Assembly: GCA_900548365.1 (NCBI GenBank)
Contig: URKM01000002.1
Span: forward strand, 47,050 to 111,049
DNA: 64,000 bases
Source: an uncultured Collinsella sp.
GTDB taxonomy: Bacteria > Actinomycetota > Coriobacteriia > Coriobacteriales > Coriobacteriaceae
Direction: 5' to 3'
Shown piece by piece: positions 1 through 9,740 of this stretch. The first letter of the stretch is position 1. Each line of letters starts with the position of its first letter. A model generated the notes under the pieces. That model saw nothing but the letters and a program-made list of their open reading frames with translations. It did no database searches and was not told the DNA's origin. A program made the position numbers and the translations under genes.

Positions 1-545
1 TAGCGAGCGCGGCCCGATCGCCATCGACCAGGCCTTCGAGCCCCACCGCCCACAAGGAGGCGGGGCATTGTCCCCATATCAATACCGTGATGAGCAGCGC
101 CGTCACGCCGCGCTGCAAAACCAAACGCCTCTGCGCCCTGACGGCGCCGGCACTCGAACCCGATCGGGCTTCGAGCCATCCGAACATAGCGGATCCCTTC
201 TATCCAGAGCCTCGCGCACCACGCGCGCAGATGGGAGGCGATCCGACTGAGCAATATATCCAAGCGAGCGTCGCCCGATCTACGACGCCGTACCGCTCGA
301 ACTTGCATCACGGTTACTGGTACAGCTGGGGATTTCCACCCCTATTCTCCCAAACGGGCCCTATCTGAAAGCCCGTTCGTGCGTCTCCGCACCACCATCT
401 TGGCCATAAGTCGAATCATCGTAACACATGCCGAAGCATGCATAACGCCCGCGCGCCATCGGCTCGAAAAGCGCCGCGTTCGCAAACGGGCCGGCCGCCC
501 AGCCCATACACAGCCGAACCAAGCCGCCCAACAGACAGGAAGCCT

Positions 546-681
546 AACCTTAAACATGAACTTGAAACTCTATACTTGCTCCACATTTCAGCGAATGAGC
601 AGCTAGCGCTCATCCTAAACCTTCAACTTGAGCCTTAAAGAACTCTAAGGTTCAAGTACAACTCTAAACTGGGGGTATACT
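546..681 (+). promoter_or_regulatory. AT-rich promoter region of the wall hydrolase, with repeated operator-like motifs
   Basis: -10-like TATACT at 676-681 and TTCAAG at 651-656 (19-bp spacer); inverted repeat acttgagcctta (626-637) / taaggttcaagt (646-657); related 20-mers at 546, 618, 647 and 660. Confidence 0.5.
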
Positions 682-721
682 GGATCCAGGTAAATGACGT
701 TGCGATATCAAAGGATGATAT

Positions 722-1780
722 ATGCACGATTTTGGACATGCTCGCCGAGCCCTCGTTGTCGGAGCAACCCTCGCCATCGCTCTGTCCGGCACCGCGCTCT
801 CCCCCGTCACCGCCCATGCCGTGACCCAGGAGACCGAGGCTCAGCTCACCGAGACCCAGAAAAAGGTCGAGGACTCCGCATCATCGTACAGCGAGGCGGT
901 CCAGAGCGTCTCCGACCTCCAAACCAAGATCGACGAGACCTCGGCGCGCATCGCAGAGCTCGAGTCCCAGCTGCCCGAGCTTCAGAAGAAGGCCAGCCTG
1001 GCCATGCGCGACCTTTATAAAGCGCATCAGGGCAACAGCTTCATGAGCTTCCTGTTCGGCTCCCAGTCGCTCGACGACCTCATCACCAAGATGGCCTATC
1101 AAGATCGCGTCCAGGGATCAAACGTCGAAGCCGTGAAGGCCCTCGATGAAGCTCAAGGATCGCTGGAGAAGCAGAAGATCGAGCTCGAGCAGGCGAAGGC
1201 CAAGGCGGATGCCGAAGCCAAGGCCGCAGCGACCGCCCTCGAGGAGGCAAAGGCGCTTCGCCAGCAAGCCCAGGAGCAAGCCGATGCGGAAGCGGCGGCA
1301 GAGCTCGCCGAGCTGCAGCGCGCGGCCGAGGAACTCGCCAACGCGAACGCCTCGAGCGGATCCGTTGACTCCTCCCAGGTCGCCACACCCGATTCCGGTT
1401 CGGTGAACTGGGATACCGACGAAACCTCGTTCGTAGCTCAATGGGCTCCTCGCATCGACGCGTACCTCGCCGGCTCCCCGCTCGAGGGGTATGGTGCGAC
1501 CTTCGCCTCCGCCGCTTGGAAATACGGCGTCGACCCCCGTTGGTCCCCCGCGATCTCCAACACGGAAAGCTCCAAAGGACGCTACTGCTTCCGCGAGCAC
1601 AACGCGTGGGGCTGGGGCGCCATCGATTTTGATAGCTGGGAGCAAGCCATCGATACGCACGTTCGAGGACTGGCTCGCGGCTATGGCTACACCATCAGCG
1701 TAGAGGCGGCCAAGAAGTACTGCCCGCCCAATTGGTACCATTGGTATACGGTTACGCTCGCAGAGATGGAAACCATCTAA
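722..1780 (+). CDS. Secreted peptidoglycan hydrolase-like protein (PcsB/CwlO-type coiled coil plus C-terminal lysozyme/glucosaminidase-like domain)
   Basis: Signal peptide ending AHA; long heptad coiled coil with FLFGSQSLDDLI motif; C-terminal YGVDPRWSPAISNTESSKG..HNAWGWG; RBS aagga. Confidence 0.75.
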   Translation: MHDFGHARRALVVGATLAIALSGTALSPVTAHAVTQETEAQLTETQKKVEDSASSYSEAVQSVSDLQTKIDETSARIAELESQLPELQKKASLAMRDLYKAHQGNSFMSFLFGSQSLDDLITKMAYQDRVQGSNVEAVKALDEAQGSLEKQKIELEQAKAKADAEAKAAATALEEAKALRQQAQEQADAEAAAELAELQRAAEELANANASSGSVDSSQVATPDSGSVNWDTDETSFVAQWAPRIDAYLAGSPLEGYGATFASAAWKYGVDPRWSPAISNTESSKGRYCFREHNAWGWGAIDFDSWEQAIDTHVRGLARGYGYTISVEAAKKYCPPNWYHWYTVTLAEMETI

Positions 1781-1829
1781 CCCAACATATCTTCGTGATA
1801 GGCTCCGACGTTATCAAGCCGTATCATCC

Positions 1830-1866
1830 AATCAGGGCCGCAGGCGCTACGTCGGCGGCCCTGATT
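1830..1866. terminator. Hairpin between convergent genes (probable terminator)
   Basis: aatcagggccgc / gcggccctgatt 12-bp stem. Confidence 0.6.
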
Positions 1867-1948
1867 CCAATCGAGCGACCGTGTGCCCGCGAGAAGCAGG
1901 CCGATGAATGTGGGAATCCCCGCGATACCCCCATCGAGGCGCTGGGCA

Positions 1949-3265
1949 TCATGCAGTCCATCCCAGGAGCCGGCAATACGTATCGACACCGCATACGAGC
2001 GGCTCCTCATCGAAATAGAAATCCTCCGCATGCAATGCGGAGGCCGCGCCGGCAGGGAACGCCTCGGTGGCGCCCACGCCGAGCAGCATGAACAATCCAG
2101 GGACGCGCTGTTGGTAAAACGAGAAATCCTCCGCGGTGAGTGCGGGCTCGTCGAGCTCCTTAAGTCGCGGCACCACCGCACGCGCCCTGTCGACGAGGGA
2201 CGCGTCGTTTACCACGGGTGGATACCCCTCGTTGAACGTCACATCATACGAGCAGCCCGTCGATGCGCAGGCAGCATCCAAGCATGCACGAACGCCGTCG
2301 CGCGCCATATCGAAAAGCGCGTCGGAGTATACGCGAATGCTCCCTTCGATATGGGCGTCGGCCGCCACCGCATTGCACACGGATCCCGCGCGCAATACGC
2401 CGAACTTGACGATGCAGCGCTCGCGCGCGGCAAGCTCCCGCTCGAGTGCATGAGCACCCTCTAGGAAGCGAGCAGCGGCCAACATGGCGTCGCGCGCATC
2501 ACCGTCGGAGACCCCATACATCGATGCGATATGAGCCGATTCGCCTCTGATGTCGATATGCGTTTCGCTGGAACGCGCGAAGAGCGCCCCCGATCGCGTG
2601 GCCACCATGCCCGCAGGCAGGGCCGGCCAAACATGGAAACCATACACCGCCTGCACGTTGAAGCGCTCGAACACCCCGGATGCGCAGACCAAGCGGGCGC
2701 CGCCCGTTGTCTCCTCGGCTGGCTGAAACACGAACAGGATATTTGATGCAGGCTTCGCGTAAGAGGCGCCCGGTAATCGATCGGTACCCGCTGCAGCGTT
2801 CGCTCCGCATGGCAGCCCGGTCGAACTTGGATCAGCCGGCGCGCCGCGCCCTGGCGCATCCCGGGATTCCCGCGCAGCCACTCGGTCGATCAAGCTCGCG
2901 AGCGTGAGCGCCATCGCCATATGCGCATCGTGCCCGCATGCATGCGCGCGCCCCGGATGGGATGAGGCGCATGGCGCCGCGCTGCGCTCGACGATAGGCA
3001 GCGCGTCCATATCCGCGCGAACGGCCACCGCGGCATCGAAGCCGAAATCGAAATACGCGCACACGCAGGAGCGGCAGGGTTCGAAGATGTCGCAGGATAG
3101 CGATTCCAGATGCGCTCGCACATAGGCGATCGTGCATGGCACATCGAAATCCAATTCTGGAATCATATGAAGTGCTCGACGATGACGCCGCAGCTCACGC
3201 AGCACTTGGTCCTCATCCGCACCGGCGGCCGCTATGCCCGCAAGATCAAACCCCCAAAGCTTCAT
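1949..3265 (-). CDS. M20D-family amidohydrolase, probable N-acetyl-diaminopimelate deacetylase
   Basis: RADMDALP, HACGHDAH, FQPAEE and EDFSFY motifs; RBS ggaggag before ATG 3265; divergent from the dap operon that contains dapH. Confidence 0.8.
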   Translation of the reverse strand: MKLWGFDLAGIAAAGADEDQVLRELRRHRRALHMIPELDFDVPCTIAYVRAHLESLSCDIFEPCRSCVCAYFDFGFDAAVAVRADMDALPIVERSAAPCASSHPGRAHACGHDAHMAMALTLASLIDRVAARESRDAPGRGAPADPSSTGLPCGANAAAGTDRLPGASYAKPASNILFVFQPAEETTGGARLVCASGVFERFNVQAVYGFHVWPALPAGMVATRSGALFARSSETHIDIRGESAHIASMYGVSDGDARDAMLAAARFLEGAHALERELAARERCIVKFGVLRAGSVCNAVAADAHIEGSIRVYSDALFDMARDGVRACLDAACASTGCSYDVTFNEGYPPVVNDASLVDRARAVVPRLKELDEPALTAEDFSFYQQRVPGLFMLLGVGATEAFPAGAASALHAEDFYFDEEPLVCGVDTYCRLLGWTA

Positions 3266-3434
3266 TGCGGCTCCTCCCCGCCAACCCGCCCCCGCGGGAA
3301 CGTGCACTCGGTATGCGCGGCATTATAAGAGGAGCGAGCGCGGGAATCCCAACGAGGAGACCGAATTGTTTTGAGATGGTAACGAAGCGTTCCGCTTGCC
3401 ATCCCCGCGCTTCATCATGATAAAGTATCCTCAC

Positions 3435-3594
3435 TCGATAGAGGAGCGGGCGCGAAGAGGCGCGGACGAGCCGGCAGGCGTCGACCCCGTGCGGAGGCAA
3501 ACCCGCCGAATCCAGCCTCCGGGCACGGAGGTCTGGGTGGGCCCGCGTGAAACACACCCGGGACTGTCTGCAACCATGCAGGGGCGCTATTCGA
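3435..3594 (+). ncRNA. Lysine riboswitch (L-box)
   Basis: Ordered conserved segments AGAGGAGC..CGCCGAA..UGGG..GACUGUC..GGGGCGCUA; P1 tcgatag/ctattcga; hairpins matching P3-P5; directly upstream of lysA. Confidence 0.85.
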
Positions 3595-3682
3595 CGTACA
3601 CTCTCGGTCGCTGGGGCACGCACGAGCCCGGGCGGTGACGTGGAGCTTGTCAACGCCCCGCACCGCACAGGAAGGCCAACAG

Positions 3683-5047
3683 ATGGAATGCCGTCAACGG
3701 ACGCAGGACGATCTCGACCGCGCCTATACAGCCAAGCAGCCCTTCGTTGCCAAAGAGCAACTCGAAGCACTGACCGAGCGCCACCCAACGCCGTTCCATC
3801 TCTACGATGAGGCGGGAATCCGCAGGAACATGCAAGCCGTTCGCGACGCATTCGCATGGAATCCGGGCTTCAAGGAGTATTTCGCCGTCAAGGCGAATCC
3901 CAACCCGCGACTCATCTCCATCCTGCGGGATTACGGATGCGGCGCCGACTGCTCGAGCGATACCGAGCTCATGATCGCCCGCGCGCTCGGCATCACGGGA
4001 TCCGACATCATGTTCTCGTCTAACAACACGCCGGCAGCCGACTTTACTCTTGCCAACGACCTGGGCGCCATCATAAACTTCGACGACATCACCCATATCG
4101 AATTCTTTGAGCAAGCTGCGGGGCGCATCCCCGAAGCCGTGAGCTGTCGCTTCAATCCCGGCGGGCTGTTCCGCCTCTCCAACGGCATCATGGACAACCC
4201 GGGCGACTCCAAGTACGGCATGACCGAGGAGCAGCTTTTCGACGCCTACCGCATGCTGAAAGAAAAGGGCGCCGAAACCTTTGGCCTGCACGCCTTTCTT
4301 GCAAGCAACACCGCAACGAACGAATACTACCCCGCGCTCGCACGCATCCTGTTCGACCTGGCGCGCCGTCTTCAGGAGGAGACCGGCTGCCACGTGGGCT
4401 TTATCAACCTCTCCGGCGGCGTGGGCATTCCCTATCGCCCCGAGCAGCAGGCAAACGACATCCGCGCCATCGGCGAGGGAGTTCGCCGTGCTTATGAGGA
4501 GATCTTGGTTCCAGCAGGCATGGACGATGTCGCCATCTTTGCCGAGATGGGCCGCTTTGTGATGGGCCCCTATGGCTGCCTGGTCACGCGCGCCATCCAC
4601 ACCAAGGACATCTACAAGCACTACGTGGGCGTAGATGCCAACGCATGCAACCTCATTCGCCCGGCCATGTACGACGCCTATCACCACGTCACCGTGGTGG
4701 GCCAGCCAGGTGGTCCGGACAAGACGCATGCCCCGGCAGACGCCACCTACGACATCGTGGGCAACCTGTGCGAGAACAACGACAAGTTCGCCGTCGACCG
4801 CGCCATGCCTCATATAGACATAGGCGACCTGCTGGTAATCCACGACACCGGCGCCCACGGCCACTCCATGGGCTACAACTACAACGGACGCCTGCGCTCC
4901 GCCGAGGTGCTGCTGCACGCCGACGGCAGCGATGAGCTCATTCGCCGCGCCGAACGACCTGATGACTACTTTGCGACCCTGGACGTCTTGCCAGAAGGAC
5001 GCGCCTTGATCAACGCTTGCCGCGATCGCGGCGGAAAGGACGAGTAA
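3683..5047 (+). CDS. lysA: Diaminopimelate decarboxylase
   Basis: YFAVKANP PLP lysine, SKYG, GNLCENND, HGHSMGYNYNGR; RBS aggaagg. Confidence 0.95.
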   Translation: MECRQRTQDDLDRAYTAKQPFVAKEQLEALTERHPTPFHLYDEAGIRRNMQAVRDAFAWNPGFKEYFAVKANPNPRLISILRDYGCGADCSSDTELMIARALGITGSDIMFSSNNTPAADFTLANDLGAIINFDDITHIEFFEQAAGRIPEAVSCRFNPGGLFRLSNGIMDNPGDSKYGMTEEQLFDAYRMLKEKGAETFGLHAFLASNTATNEYYPALARILFDLARRLQEETGCHVGFINLSGGVGIPYRPEQQANDIRAIGEGVRRAYEEILVPAGMDDVAIFAEMGRFVMGPYGCLVTRAIHTKDIYKHYVGVDANACNLIRPAMYDAYHHVTVVGQPGGPDKTHAPADATYDIVGNLCENNDKFAVDRAMPHIDIGDLLVIHDTGAHGHSMGYNYNGRLRSAEVLLHADGSDELIRRAERPDDYFATLDVLPEGRALINACRDRGGKDE

Positions 5048-5049
5048 CC

Positions 5050-5940
5050 ATGGATGCACGTGAACTCACAGGATCGATCGTCGCGCTCGTAACGCCGTTT
5101 GCGAGCGATGGCTCGATCGACTTCGGGGCCCTGTCGCACCTGGTGGACTTCCATCTGCAGAACCATACGGATGGATTGCTGATCCTAGGTACCACAGGCG
5201 AATCGTCCACCATGACGCATGAAGAGGACAACGCTGTGGTCCAAGCCGTGGTCAAACAGGTAGCGGGCCGCATCCCCGTCATCGCCGGATCGGGCTCCAA
5301 CTGCACGCAGACCATGGTGGAGAAGAGCCTGTCCTACCAAGAGCTGGGAGCAGACGGACTGCTCATCATCACCCCCTATTACAATAAAAGCAACGAAGAC
5401 GGCATCTACCAACACCTCAAAGAAGTCGCCGACGCGGTTGACATCCCCTGCATCCTCTACAACATCCCCGGCCGCACCGGTTGCTCCATCTCGCTGCGCA
5501 ACGTCGAGCGCCTTGCCGCGCACCCCAGCGTCATGGGCCTCAAGGAGGCTTCCGGCAACATGGGCTTCGCCGCCGATGCAGCGCACTTCATCAGCGATGA
5601 TTTCCGCATGTATTCGGGAGAGGACGCGCTCACCGTACCGCTGATGTCGCTTGGCGCAAGCGGCACCATATCCGTTTGGGCCAACCTGCAGCCGCGGGAG
5701 GTGCACCAGATGTGCGCGGCATTCCTAGACGGCGACGTTGAGACCGCCCGCAACCTTCAGCTCGCCGGGCTTCCCCTTATCCACGGGCTGTTCAGCGAGG
5801 TGAACCCCATTCCCGTCAAGGAGGCCCTGGCGCAGATGGGAATGATCGAGGCGAGCTACCGCCTGCCCCTTACCACTATGTCAGACGGCGCCGCGCAGGC
5901 GCTGCATTCCACCTTGAAGGAGGCTGGTCTTGTTGCTTAA
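5050..5940 (+). CDS. dapA: 4-hydroxy-tetrahydrodipicolinate synthase
   Basis: ALVTPF, GTTGES, LYNIPGRTG, GLKEASG, NPIPVK. Confidence 0.96.
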   Translation: MDARELTGSIVALVTPFASDGSIDFGALSHLVDFHLQNHTDGLLILGTTGESSTMTHEEDNAVVQAVVKQVAGRIPVIAGSGSNCTQTMVEKSLSYQELGADGLLIITPYYNKSNEDGIYQHLKEVADAVDIPCILYNIPGRTGCSISLRNVERLAAHPSVMGLKEASGNMGFAADAAHFISDDFRMYSGEDALTVPLMSLGASGTISVWANLQPREVHQMCAAFLDGDVETARNLQLAGLPLIHGLFSEVNPIPVKEALAQMGMIEASYRLPLTTMSDGAAQALHSTLKEAGLVA

Positions 5941-6682
5941 CATCGCCATCATGGGAGACGGCCGCATGGGCTCGCTCATTCGCCAGACGGCAGAAGCCAT
6001 GCGCGACGCAAATCAGAACCCCGTCTTTAACGTAGCGGCCCAAATCGGATTCGATCTTGAACGGATTCAAGCCGCACCCGCAGCAGACGTTCTGATCGAC
6101 TTCTCAAACGTCGCGACCCTGCCCGCGGTCGAGGCCTACGTCAAGCGATGCGGATGCGCCCTGGTGAGCGGCACCACCGGGTATTCTGCGGATGAGATGG
6201 AGCGCCTGCGCGCTCTGGGCAACAACGCTGCTGTCCTACATTCGGGCAACTACTCCATAGGCGTGGCGGCCCTGCGCCACCTCACCGCCCAAGCGGCCCG
6301 CGAGCTCCCCGGCTTTGACGTAGAGATCTGCGAGACGCACCACAACCAAAAGGTCGATGCGCCCAGTGGCACGGCAAACCTGCTGCTCGATACCGTCATG
6401 GACGCCCAGGCAGCTGCCGGCCGCGGGGAGTATTCCCCCGTGTTTGGCCGCTTTGGCATGTGCGGCGCGCGCGATCCACATGAGATCGGCATGCACTCGC
6501 TTCGCGGCGGCACCGTCGCAGGCGTACACACGGTCTCCTTCTTTGGCCCGGACGAGGAGGTCACGCTTACGCACCGCGCCGGCAGCCGCCAGATCTTTGT
6601 CAACGGCGCCCTTGCCGCAGCGCACAAGATGGCGGCGCGCCAGCCCGGCTTCTACACCTTCGACCAGGTCATGTTCGACTAA
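5930..6682 (+). CDS. dapB: 4-hydroxy-tetrahydrodipicolinate reductase
   Basis: GRMG, IDFS, GTTG, ETHHNQKVDAPSGTA; TTG start overlapping the dapA end. Confidence 0.95.
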   Translation: MLLNIAIMGDGRMGSLIRQTAEAMRDANQNPVFNVAAQIGFDLERIQAAPAADVLIDFSNVATLPAVEAYVKRCGCALVSGTTGYSADEMERLRALGNNAAVLHSGNYSIGVAALRHLTAQAARELPGFDVEICETHHNQKVDAPSGTANLLLDTVMDAQAAAGRGEYSPVFGRFGMCGARDPHEIGMHSLRGGTVAGVHTVSFFGPDEEVTLTHRAGSRQIFVNGALAAAHKMAARQPGFYTFDQVMFD

Positions 6683-6787
6683 TATCCCGGCACGCCCCCT
6701 CCCGCAGATCAAACCCGCCGGCGAGGAGGGGGGGGAATTCGACCCAATCCCCAAGCCAGTACAGATTCTCGCAAAGAGAGGAACACC

Positions 6788-7504
6788 ATGGATAACACCC
6801 AGATGAACGCCCAAGAAATCATCGATTTCATCCGCTGCGCGGAGAAGAGGACGCCGGTGAAGCTCTACGTTCGCGAAAAGCCCGGTCAGCGGATCGACTG
6901 GAAGGGCGCGCATGTCTTCGGCGGCCGCAAGGGCAAGATCATCTTCGGCGACTGGGGCGAGCTGTCCGGCATCTTGCAGGACAACGCGGACTCCATCGAC
7001 TACTACGAGGTCGAGAACGACGGCCGCAACTCCGCCGTGCCCCTACTCGATACCAAGGGCGTCAACGCACGCATCGAGCCCGGCGCGATCATTCGCGACC
7101 GCGTCTCCATCGGCGACAACGCCGTCATCATGATGGGCGCTGTCATCAACATCGGCGCCGTCATCGGCGAGGGGACCATGATCGACATGGGCGCCATCCT
7201 GGGCGGCCGCGCCACGGTGGGCAAGAACTGCCACATCGGCGCGGGCACCGTGCTCGCCGGCGTCATCGAGCCGGCGAGCGCCACGCCCGTGATCATCGAG
7301 GACGGCGTCATGATCGGCGCCAACGCCGTGGTGCTCGAAGGGGTCCACGTTGGTAAGAACGCCGTGGTCGCCGCCGGCGCCGTCGTTGTAGAGGACGTCC
7401 CCGATAACACCGTAGTCGTCGGCGTCCCCGCCCGCGCGATCAAGCGGCGCGACGAGAAGACCGATAGCAAGACAGGCCTGGTAGAGGGCCTACGCCAGCT
7501 GTAA
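6788..7504 (+). CDS. dapH: Tetrahydrodipicolinate N-acetyltransferase (DapH type)
   Basis: N-terminal [17 protein letters not shown] domain followed by hexapeptide repeats ([24 protein letters not shown]). Confidence 0.92.
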   Translation: MDNTQMNAQEIIDFIRCAEKRTPVKLYVREKPGQRIDWKGAHVFGGRKGKIIFGDWGELSGILQDNADSIDYYEVENDGRNSAVPLLDTKGVNARIEPGAIIRDRVSIGDNAVIMMGAVINIGAVIGEGTMIDMGAILGGRATVGKNCHIGAGTVLAGVIEPASATPVIIEDGVMIGANAVVLEGVHVGKNAVVAAGAVVVEDVPDNTVVVGVPARAIKRRDEKTDSKTGLVEGLRQL

Positions 7505-7537
7505 GCACAGCCGCATAAAAGGAGTTACCGCCACCCG

Positions 7538-7849
7538 CTATCGTTCGGGGCTTGCCATGAGCTGAATCGCCGACCTGTCCGCCAACGTTGCAAAATCCGC
7601 GCCCAACCAGATACTCGACTCCCCCGCCCCAAACACCAACGGCATGCGATCGTGCACGGGAGAGACGGCTGCATTGGGTCGGGTGGTAACGATGGATAGC
7701 CGGCCTTCTTGCTGAACGCCGGCTAGCAAAAACGCACCGGCATGTAGCAGTCTGAACCTATTCTGACGGCAAACGGGCTTTCCCGTTTTCTCGCTCAATA
7801 CGGTTTCCGCGCGATGCCCCTCGTAAAACGACCGAATTGGACCAGGCAC
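7538..7849 (-). pseudogene. 5'-truncated SOS response-associated peptidase (SRAP/YedK/HMCES) remnant
   Basis: C-terminal SRAP motifs SFYE, LLAG, SIVTTRPN and VHDRMPLV are present; the N-terminal MCGR catalytic start and roughly the first half are absent. Confidence 0.75.
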
Positions 7850-7869
7850 ATAGGCGGGAGCGCGAGCGC

Positions 7870-8874
7870 CTATCGGTTCTCGATGCTGCCGATGTTCTTC
7901 AGCGCCAGGGTGATCAGCCCGTTGGGTTCGTTGACGAACTCGATGTACTCGGGATTGTTGCCCATCTCGGCGGGGAAGCTGATCTCGATACCGGTGTCGG
8001 TGCGAATCTTATGGTTGCGAACCGCCGCACGCTCAACCTGCGCGCGCTCAACGGGAACGCGCTCGGGGAGGCGCTCCTCCTGGAGGCTCGCCTTGATCGC
8101 ATCGCGGATCACGGGCTCGTCCTCGAACGCCTCGTCGACGATGTCCCACGGCGGCAGCTCCTCGTCCTCCTCCACGGCCTCCGCCACGGCGGCCTTGGCC
8201 TTCGCGAGCGCCACGGCCGTGTTGGCACCATGCTCCTCGGCCACCTGCTCGACCACGCGCGTCACCACATCGATGACCTCTTTACCCGAAACGCCGGTCT
8301 CGCATTGCAGTAAACCGTCCGGAATCAGGTACACGTCCTCCCCCGCGATCTTACGCTTCTTCTCCTGGAAGAACACCTCGAGGGTGCTCGCGCGAACCAG
8401 GGCGTAGGACGCGACCTTTTGAGATGGGCTGGGAAGGATGGCGTAGTGGCGGGCGATATCGTTGCGCACCTCGCCACCCTCGCGAGCGACCTCGTGCATG
8501 AAGGCCATACGGCTGCCCATCAGCATGACGGCGAACCAGCGGACGTCGTCATCGTCTTCGAAGTCCGCCACGAACACATCGGTGGATTCGGCCTTCTCTG
8601 CCTTGGCGAGTTCGGCTGAGACGAACTCGGCGATCTGCAGCGACAAATCGATGAAATCCCGTTCGCCGAAGAAGTACGATCTGAGCTCGCCGGCGAAAGC
8701 GCTGTTCTCGGAAAAGCTGCCGCGCTTGTTATCGCCCGACGTCCGCGCCCGACGCAGATGCGACGTCACGAAGGAGCGAACGGTGCGTGTGTCCAAATCG
8801 AGCTCGCGCTGGGAGAACACGTTCACCGCGGATTCGAAATCGAGGATATGCAAGATAGCGTGGTTGACCTTCAT
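7870..8874 (-). CDS. Nucleoid-associated protein (NdpA/YejK-like family)
   Basis: AILHILD N-terminus, ILPSPSQK, C-terminal KIRTDTGIEISFP..IEFVNEPNGLITL. Confidence 0.8.
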   Translation of the reverse strand: MKVNHAILHILDFESAVNVFSQRELDLDTRTVRSFVTSHLRRARTSGDNKRGSFSENSAFAGELRSYFFGERDFIDLSLQIAEFVSAELAKAEKAESTDVFVADFEDDDDVRWFAVMLMGSRMAFMHEVAREGGEVRNDIARHYAILPSPSQKVASYALVRASTLEVFFQEKKRKIAGEDVYLIPDGLLQCETGVSGKEVIDVVTRVVEQVAEEHGANTAVALAKAKAAVAEAVEEDEELPPWDIVDEAFEDEPVIRDAIKASLQEERLPERVPVERAQVERAAVRNHKIRTDTGIEISFPAEMGNNPEYIEFVNEPNGLITLALKNIGSIENR

Positions 8875-8970
8875 GGGCACCTTTCCAAGAAGAAAAGAGC
8901 TGCCGGCAGATCGCAGGCAGCTTGACGATGAGCAGATGGAGGGACGATGCCGTCGCGGCGCACCCAGCGC

Positions 8971-9531
8971 CTATGATTTCACGACAACCAAGGGATCACC
9001 GACTTTGACCAGCGGATGCCCGGCGAACAACGTGTTGGATTGACCGATCAGCTTCACCTTGTCGAGCAGGGACGGGCTCGTCACGATCACGGTCACCACG
9101 TCGTCGTACCCTGCCGCCTTCACGGCCTCGTCATCGAAGACGAGGATGGGTTCACCGGCGGTAACGACCTGCTCGGATTCGACGAGGCGCGTGAAGCCTT
9201 TGCCGTCGAGCTTAACCGTGTCGATGCCGACATGGATGATGAGCTCGATACCGGAATCGGTGCGAAGGCCAATGGAGTGATTCGTGACGGTGGTCGCCGC
9301 GATGCGGCCGGACGCGGGGGCGTAGATCACATTGCCAACGGGAACGATGCCGTAGCCGCGACCGAAGAGGCCGGTGGAGATGGTTTCGTCCTTGATCTCG
9401 GAAAGCTCGACCAAGACGCCCGAGATGGGCGCGTAGATGGAATCGGGCCTCGTTGCGAACGAGGCGCTGGGATACACGGGGTCCTCGTTGGAGATACCCA
9501 GGGTCTTCTTGATCTTATCGAATAGAATCAT
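8971..9531 (-). CDS. PTS glucose-family EIIA component (stand-alone)
   Basis: IYAPISG, HSIGL, IIHVGIDTVKLDGKGF phospho-His motif. Confidence 0.9.
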   Translation of the reverse strand: MILFDKIKKTLGISNEDPVYPSASFATRPDSIYAPISGVLVELSEIKDETISTGLFGRGYGIVPVGNVIYAPASGRIAATTVTNHSIGLRTDSGIELIIHVGIDTVKLDGKGFTRLVESEQVVTAGEPILVFDDEAVKAAGYDDVVTVIVTSPSLLDKVKLIGQSNTLFAGHPLVKVGDPLVVVKS

Positions 9532-9651
9532 GTGCTACCTCCTGCAGCGCAATGGATCGCGGGCTGAGCGCCGGCGATCCTCCCATGCCTTCCATGGTAC
9601 CCAAGACGGAGATGCGGGCGGATGGGAAGCAGGGTTACATGCAACAAACGA

Positions 9652-9685
9652 ACAAAAGCGGGTGGTCTGTTGAACCACCCGCTTT
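9652..9685 (-). terminator. Intrinsic terminator of ldh
   Basis: aaagcgggtggt/accacccgcttt stem with a T-tract on the minus strand. Confidence 0.8.
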
Positions 9686-9740
9686 CGAGCCAGCCGTTTG
9701 GCGGTATCGGCACCGCAGCAAGCGAACGAGAAACCGTGCG

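Noticed and set aside
1..721. c-di-AMP (ydaO) riboswitch expected upstream of an actinobacterial wall hydrolase
   Set aside because: Could not find the conserved GCUGAAUCC or CCCGUCAGCUAAC-like segments
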